Assembly (NCBI GenBank): GCA_963665295.1
Contig: OY762209.1
Coordinates: forward strand, 5,344,001-5,408,000
Source: Syntrophorhabdaceae bacterium
GTDB lineage: Bacteria > Desulfobacterota > Syntrophorhabdia > Syntrophorhabdales > Syntrophorhabdaceae
Direction of reading: 5' to 3'
Length of the DNA: 64,000 nucleotides
The notes beneath the pieces are model-generated. The model was not told where the DNA came from. It did no database searches and worked only from the letters and a program-made list of their open reading frames with translations. Each line of letters starts with the position of its first letter. The stretch's first letter is position 1. The position numbers and the translations under genes were made by a program. Of this stretch, positions 60,918 through 64,000 are shown piece by piece.

Positions 60918-63116
60918 TTATTTTCGGTCGTCCAGCACGCGTCTTATGAGGATGGCAAGTTCCCGTTTGCCGATGGTTTTTGCAGCGAAGGCGCTGATGC
61001 CGGCCTTCTCGGCAGTTTCCGGCCCTATCCTCTCGTTGAGCCCCGAGGAGAGGATTATGGGGATGTCGGGCCTCATCTCGAGCAGCCTTTTTGCGAGGTC
61101 CACGCCGGTCATATGGGGCATGGTGTAATCCGTAATAACAAGGTCGAATCCTTCCGGCTCCGCTTTGAATGTCTTCAACGCCTCTACACCGTTCATGCTT
61201 CCCACCACCGTGTACCCGAGTTTTCCCAGCCTCTGGCGGTTAAGCTCGACGAGCATTTCTTCGTCGTCCACAAAGAGAATGCGCTCGCGTCCCCCCGGAA
61301 CAGCGGACCGCTCGGTTTCTGCGGCCGAGACGGCGACCGCTTCGGACCTGGGCAGGTATACATTAAAAAGGGACCCCTTTCCGGGTTCGCTCGCCACGGT
61401 GACATATCCCCCATGGCTCTTCACGATACCGTGAACCACCGCAAGACCCATGCCCGTACCTTCCCCGGGGCCTTTGGTGGTAAAGAAAGGATCGAAGATC
61501 TTCTCCGCCGTGTCCCGGGTCATCCCGCATCCCGTGTCCCTCACGGAGAGGCATATGTACATTCCGGGCTTTACGTCGGAGTAGCGACACGCCTCTTCCT
61601 GGGATAGTTCCGCATCGGCCAGAGTTATCTCGAGGACCCCTCCCGTATCCCTCATGGCGTAGGCCCCATTGGTACAGAGGTTCATGAACACCTGGTGTAT
61701 CTGCACGGAGTCGGCCAAAATGGAATCCCGGACACAGTGCAGCCTTTTTTGTATTTCAATGGTAGAGGGAAGGGCGGGCCTCAAAAGCCTGAGAGCGTCC
61801 TCGATGATATGGCTCACCGTGGTCGCCGTCTTTTCCTGTCCTGTCTGGCGGCTGAACGCGAGGATCTGTTTCACGAGATCACGCCCTCTGAAGCCCGCCT
61901 TCAGGGCCAGTTCCAGGTGCCTGCGAAAGGGGTATTCTCCCGGCATATCGTCCATCGCCATCTCGGTAAAACCTATTATGGCGGAAAGGATATTGTTGAA
62001 GTCGTGGGCGATCCCTCCCGCGAGGGTGCCGATCGCCTCCATCTTCTGGGCCTGGCGGAGCTGACTTTCCGCCTGTTTCCGAGCGGTAATGTCGATGTTG
62101 ATCTCCAGCACGTCAAGGGGATTCCCTTCCCGGTCGCGACGCAGGACCTGGCGGCTCGCCACCACGATCTGAGCCCCGTTGCGTTTGGTATGGACAAGCT
62201 CCCCCTCGAACCGGTCATTATTCATCAACGAGTTCCTCATGGCATCATAACCGCCGGGAAACCGGGTCTTCAGGAGCACGCGGGGGACCCGGCCCAGGGC
62301 CTCGTCCCGACTCCATCCGTAAGTCTCTTCCGCCCCCCTGTTCCAATAGGTGATCCGATCGTCTATATCCCGGACAAATATCGTATCATGGGTAAGATTG
62401 AGAAGGTCCGCAGCCTGTCTCACCTCAGCCGTCCGCTCCTCCACCCGGTGCTCAAGCTCGTCCCGGGCTTTCTGCAGCGCCCTTTCCGCCCTCTTCCGTT
62501 CCTCGATCTCGGCATCCCGCTCCTGGATCGTATCGGCGAGACGCTGGTTGAGATCAGTCAGGTCCTTCTGAGCCATCACAAGCTCGCTATTCTGGCGGTA
62601 GGCGTTTTCGTATGTGGAAAGAAGGAGGTTGAGTATCTGAACCCTGTCCGCGGTGATCCGGTAGTTCTGCCCCGCGAAGAACACATTCATGCCCGATTCT
62701 GTCGCAGGGCCCGTGCGCAGACCCTTGTTCGCAATAAGGTACTCTATGTGGGAAACAAGGTATTTCCCGTCATAGGGCTTGGTGATGAAGTTGTCGGCTC
62801 CGACCTCGAGGCCTTTGATGACGTCCCTTGGGTCGGAGAGGGTGGTTACGAGGATGACGGGTACATCCGAAAGGTCCGGAATCATCCGGATCCGTCTCAC
62901 CAGTTCGTAACCGTCCATTTCAGGCATGATGATGTCGGTGATTATTATATGGGGCTTGCGAATACTCAAAAACTCTAGGGCCCGTACACCGTCGGGGGCG
63001 ATGGCCACGTGGAACCCCTTTTTCTCCAGGATGAACTTCAGTTGCTCGGCCTGGGTCGTGCTGTCTTCCACCACCAGGATTTCAATATTGCTCTTTGTGG
63101 CCCCATCGTTTTTCAT
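60918..63116 (-). CDS. Hybrid histidine kinase (REC-PAS-HisKA-HATPase-REC)
   Basis: N-terminal VVEDS/TDIIMP receiver, PAS, AHDFNN, C-terminal FVDDE/TDYTMP receiver. Confidence 0.93.
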   Translation of the reverse strand: MKNDGATKSNIEILVVEDSTTQAEQLKFILEKKGFHVAIAPDGVRALEFLSIRKPHIIITDIIMPEMDGYELVRRIRMIPDLSDVPVILVTTLSDPRDVIKGLEVGADNFITKPYDGKYLVSHIEYLIANKGLRTGPATESGMNVFFAGQNYRITADRVQILNLLLSTYENAYRQNSELVMAQKDLTDLNQRLADTIQERDAEIEERKRAERALQKARDELEHRVEERTAEVRQAADLLNLTHDTIFVRDIDDRITYWNRGAEETYGWSRDEALGRVPRVLLKTRFPGGYDAMRNSLMNNDRFEGELVHTKRNGAQIVVASRQVLRRDREGNPLDVLEINIDITARKQAESQLRQAQKMEAIGTLAGGIAHDFNNILSAIIGFTEMAMDDMPGEYPFRRHLELALKAGFRGRDLVKQILAFSRQTGQEKTATTVSHIIEDALRLLRPALPSTIEIQKRLHCVRDSILADSVQIHQVFMNLCTNGAYAMRDTGGVLEITLADAELSQEEACRYSDVKPGMYICLSVRDTGCGMTRDTAEKIFDPFFTTKGPGEGTGMGLAVVHGIVKSHGGYVTVASEPGKGSLFNVYLPRSEAVAVSAAETERSAVPGGRERILFVDDEEMLVELNRQRLGKLGYTVVGSMNGVEALKTFKAEPEGFDLVITDYTMPHMTGVDLAKRLLEMRPDIPIILSSGLNERIGPETAEKAGISAFAAKTIGKRELAILIRRVLDDRK

Positions 63117-63138
63117 ATCCGGTCCTTTATATCCTATT

Positions 63139-64000
63139 TCACGTCTTCTTCGTCTTCAACCCGCCGAGACTTGCAAGAAACGTCGCAATCCTCTTCGGGG
63201 GCAACACGTACGTGGCGGCATCGAGCTTCACCGCCTCCCCCGGCATGCCGAAAACCACGGAGGTTTCACTGTCCTGCGCAATGGTAATAGCGCCCTTCTC
63301 CTTCATCGCCTTCAACCCGTCCGCCCCGTCACTGCCCATGCCGGTGAGGAGCACCCCCGCGGCGTCTTTCCCGAAAACCTCCGCAACAGAACGGAAGAGA
63401 CAGGAGACGGATGGGCGTGTACCGTTTTCCGGGGCATCAGGGACACATATGGCCCTCCCATCGGCGCTCACCTTCATCTGAAGACCATCGGGCGCCACGT
63501 ATACATGTCCCGGAAGGATGAGGTCCCGGTTCGAGGCGACGCGAACGACCATGGGCGACTTCTGTCCGAGCCATTCGGCAAATCCCTGGATGAAACCGGG
63601 CGACATGTGCTGGACAATCAGGAGGGGGGCCGCGAAATCCCCGGGAAGCCGGGAGAGAATCTGCTCGATTGCCGGGGGCCCTCCCGTCGATGCACCCACG
63701 GCAACGACCTTGACTTCCGTTGGTCCCCATGAAAGGGCTTCTTTCCCCTGTCCCGCCAAAGTCACAGGGGCCACCCTTTTCCGGGCCCAACGCTTGACGA
63801 CTTTAATCTCCGACATGAGCTTCACCGTGGTGATCAGCTCCGCCGCATTCGCCCTGTAGTCGGGATGGCCGATCCCGTTCGGTTTCTGCAATATTGCGAG
63901 GGCGCCCGCTTCGATAGCCTTGAAGGACATCTCCATCTCATTCGAGTCGGGCCTGCCGGTCACAATGACGATGGGAACAGGGTCGGTCTCCATGATGGCC
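63139..64000 (-). CDS. cheB: Chemotaxis methylesterase CheB (5' part outside window)
   Basis: GASTGG, VQHM, LTGMGSDG, SVVFGMP. Confidence 0.95.
   Translation of the reverse strand, partial: AIMETDPVPIVIVTGRPDSNEMEMSFKAIEAGALAILQKPNGIGHPDYRANAAELITTVKLMSEIKVVKRWARKRVAPVTLAGQGKEALSWGPTEVKVVAVGASTGGPPAIEQILSRLPGDFAAPLLIVQHMSPGFIQGFAEWLGQKSPMVVRVASNRDLILPGHVYVAPDGLQMKVSADGRAICVPDAPENGTRPSVSCLFRSVAEVFGKDAAGVLLTGMGSDGADGLKAMKEKGAITIAQDSETSVVFGMPGEAVKLDAATYVLPPKRIATFLASLGGLKTKKT

Overview
Chromosomal window from an anaerobic, aromatic-degrading Deltaproteobacterium-like organism (gene content resembles syntrophs such as Syntrophorhabdus/Syntrophus; this is inference). Main contents: the end of a V/A-type ATP synthase operon; a PTS-Ntr housekeeping operon (hpf-ptsN-hprK-rapZ-EIIA-ptsH-ptsI-metK-pfkB); many signalling genes (MCP, two HD-GYP proteins, three paralogous hybrid kinases, CheB, V4R); der; and two stand-out loci. 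(1) A yybP-ykoY (Mn2+) riboswitch with an overlapping intrinsic terminator drives a small membrane leader ORF ending in KPPR, a CzcCBA-type RND efflux pump and a PII-like gene. This is a candidate manganese-responsive trans-envelope efflux system. (2) A complete class II (tungsten) benzoyl-CoA reductase cluster, bamBCD-fdhD-bamEFGHI. Two of its genes (bamE, bamF) are broken in the ORF track only by in-frame UGA selenocysteine codons with SECIS-like hairpins. It carries an inserted FdhD sulfur-carrier gene and is preceded by three tandem sigma70 promoters, two of which overlap Rex-type operators. A perfect 86-bp tandem array of a three-hairpin element (about 4.9 copies plus a deleted solo copy) lies at 60.3-60.9 kb. 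No rRNA, tRNA, transposase or CRISPR array was seen. All family assignments come from motif recognition by eye; no searches were run.
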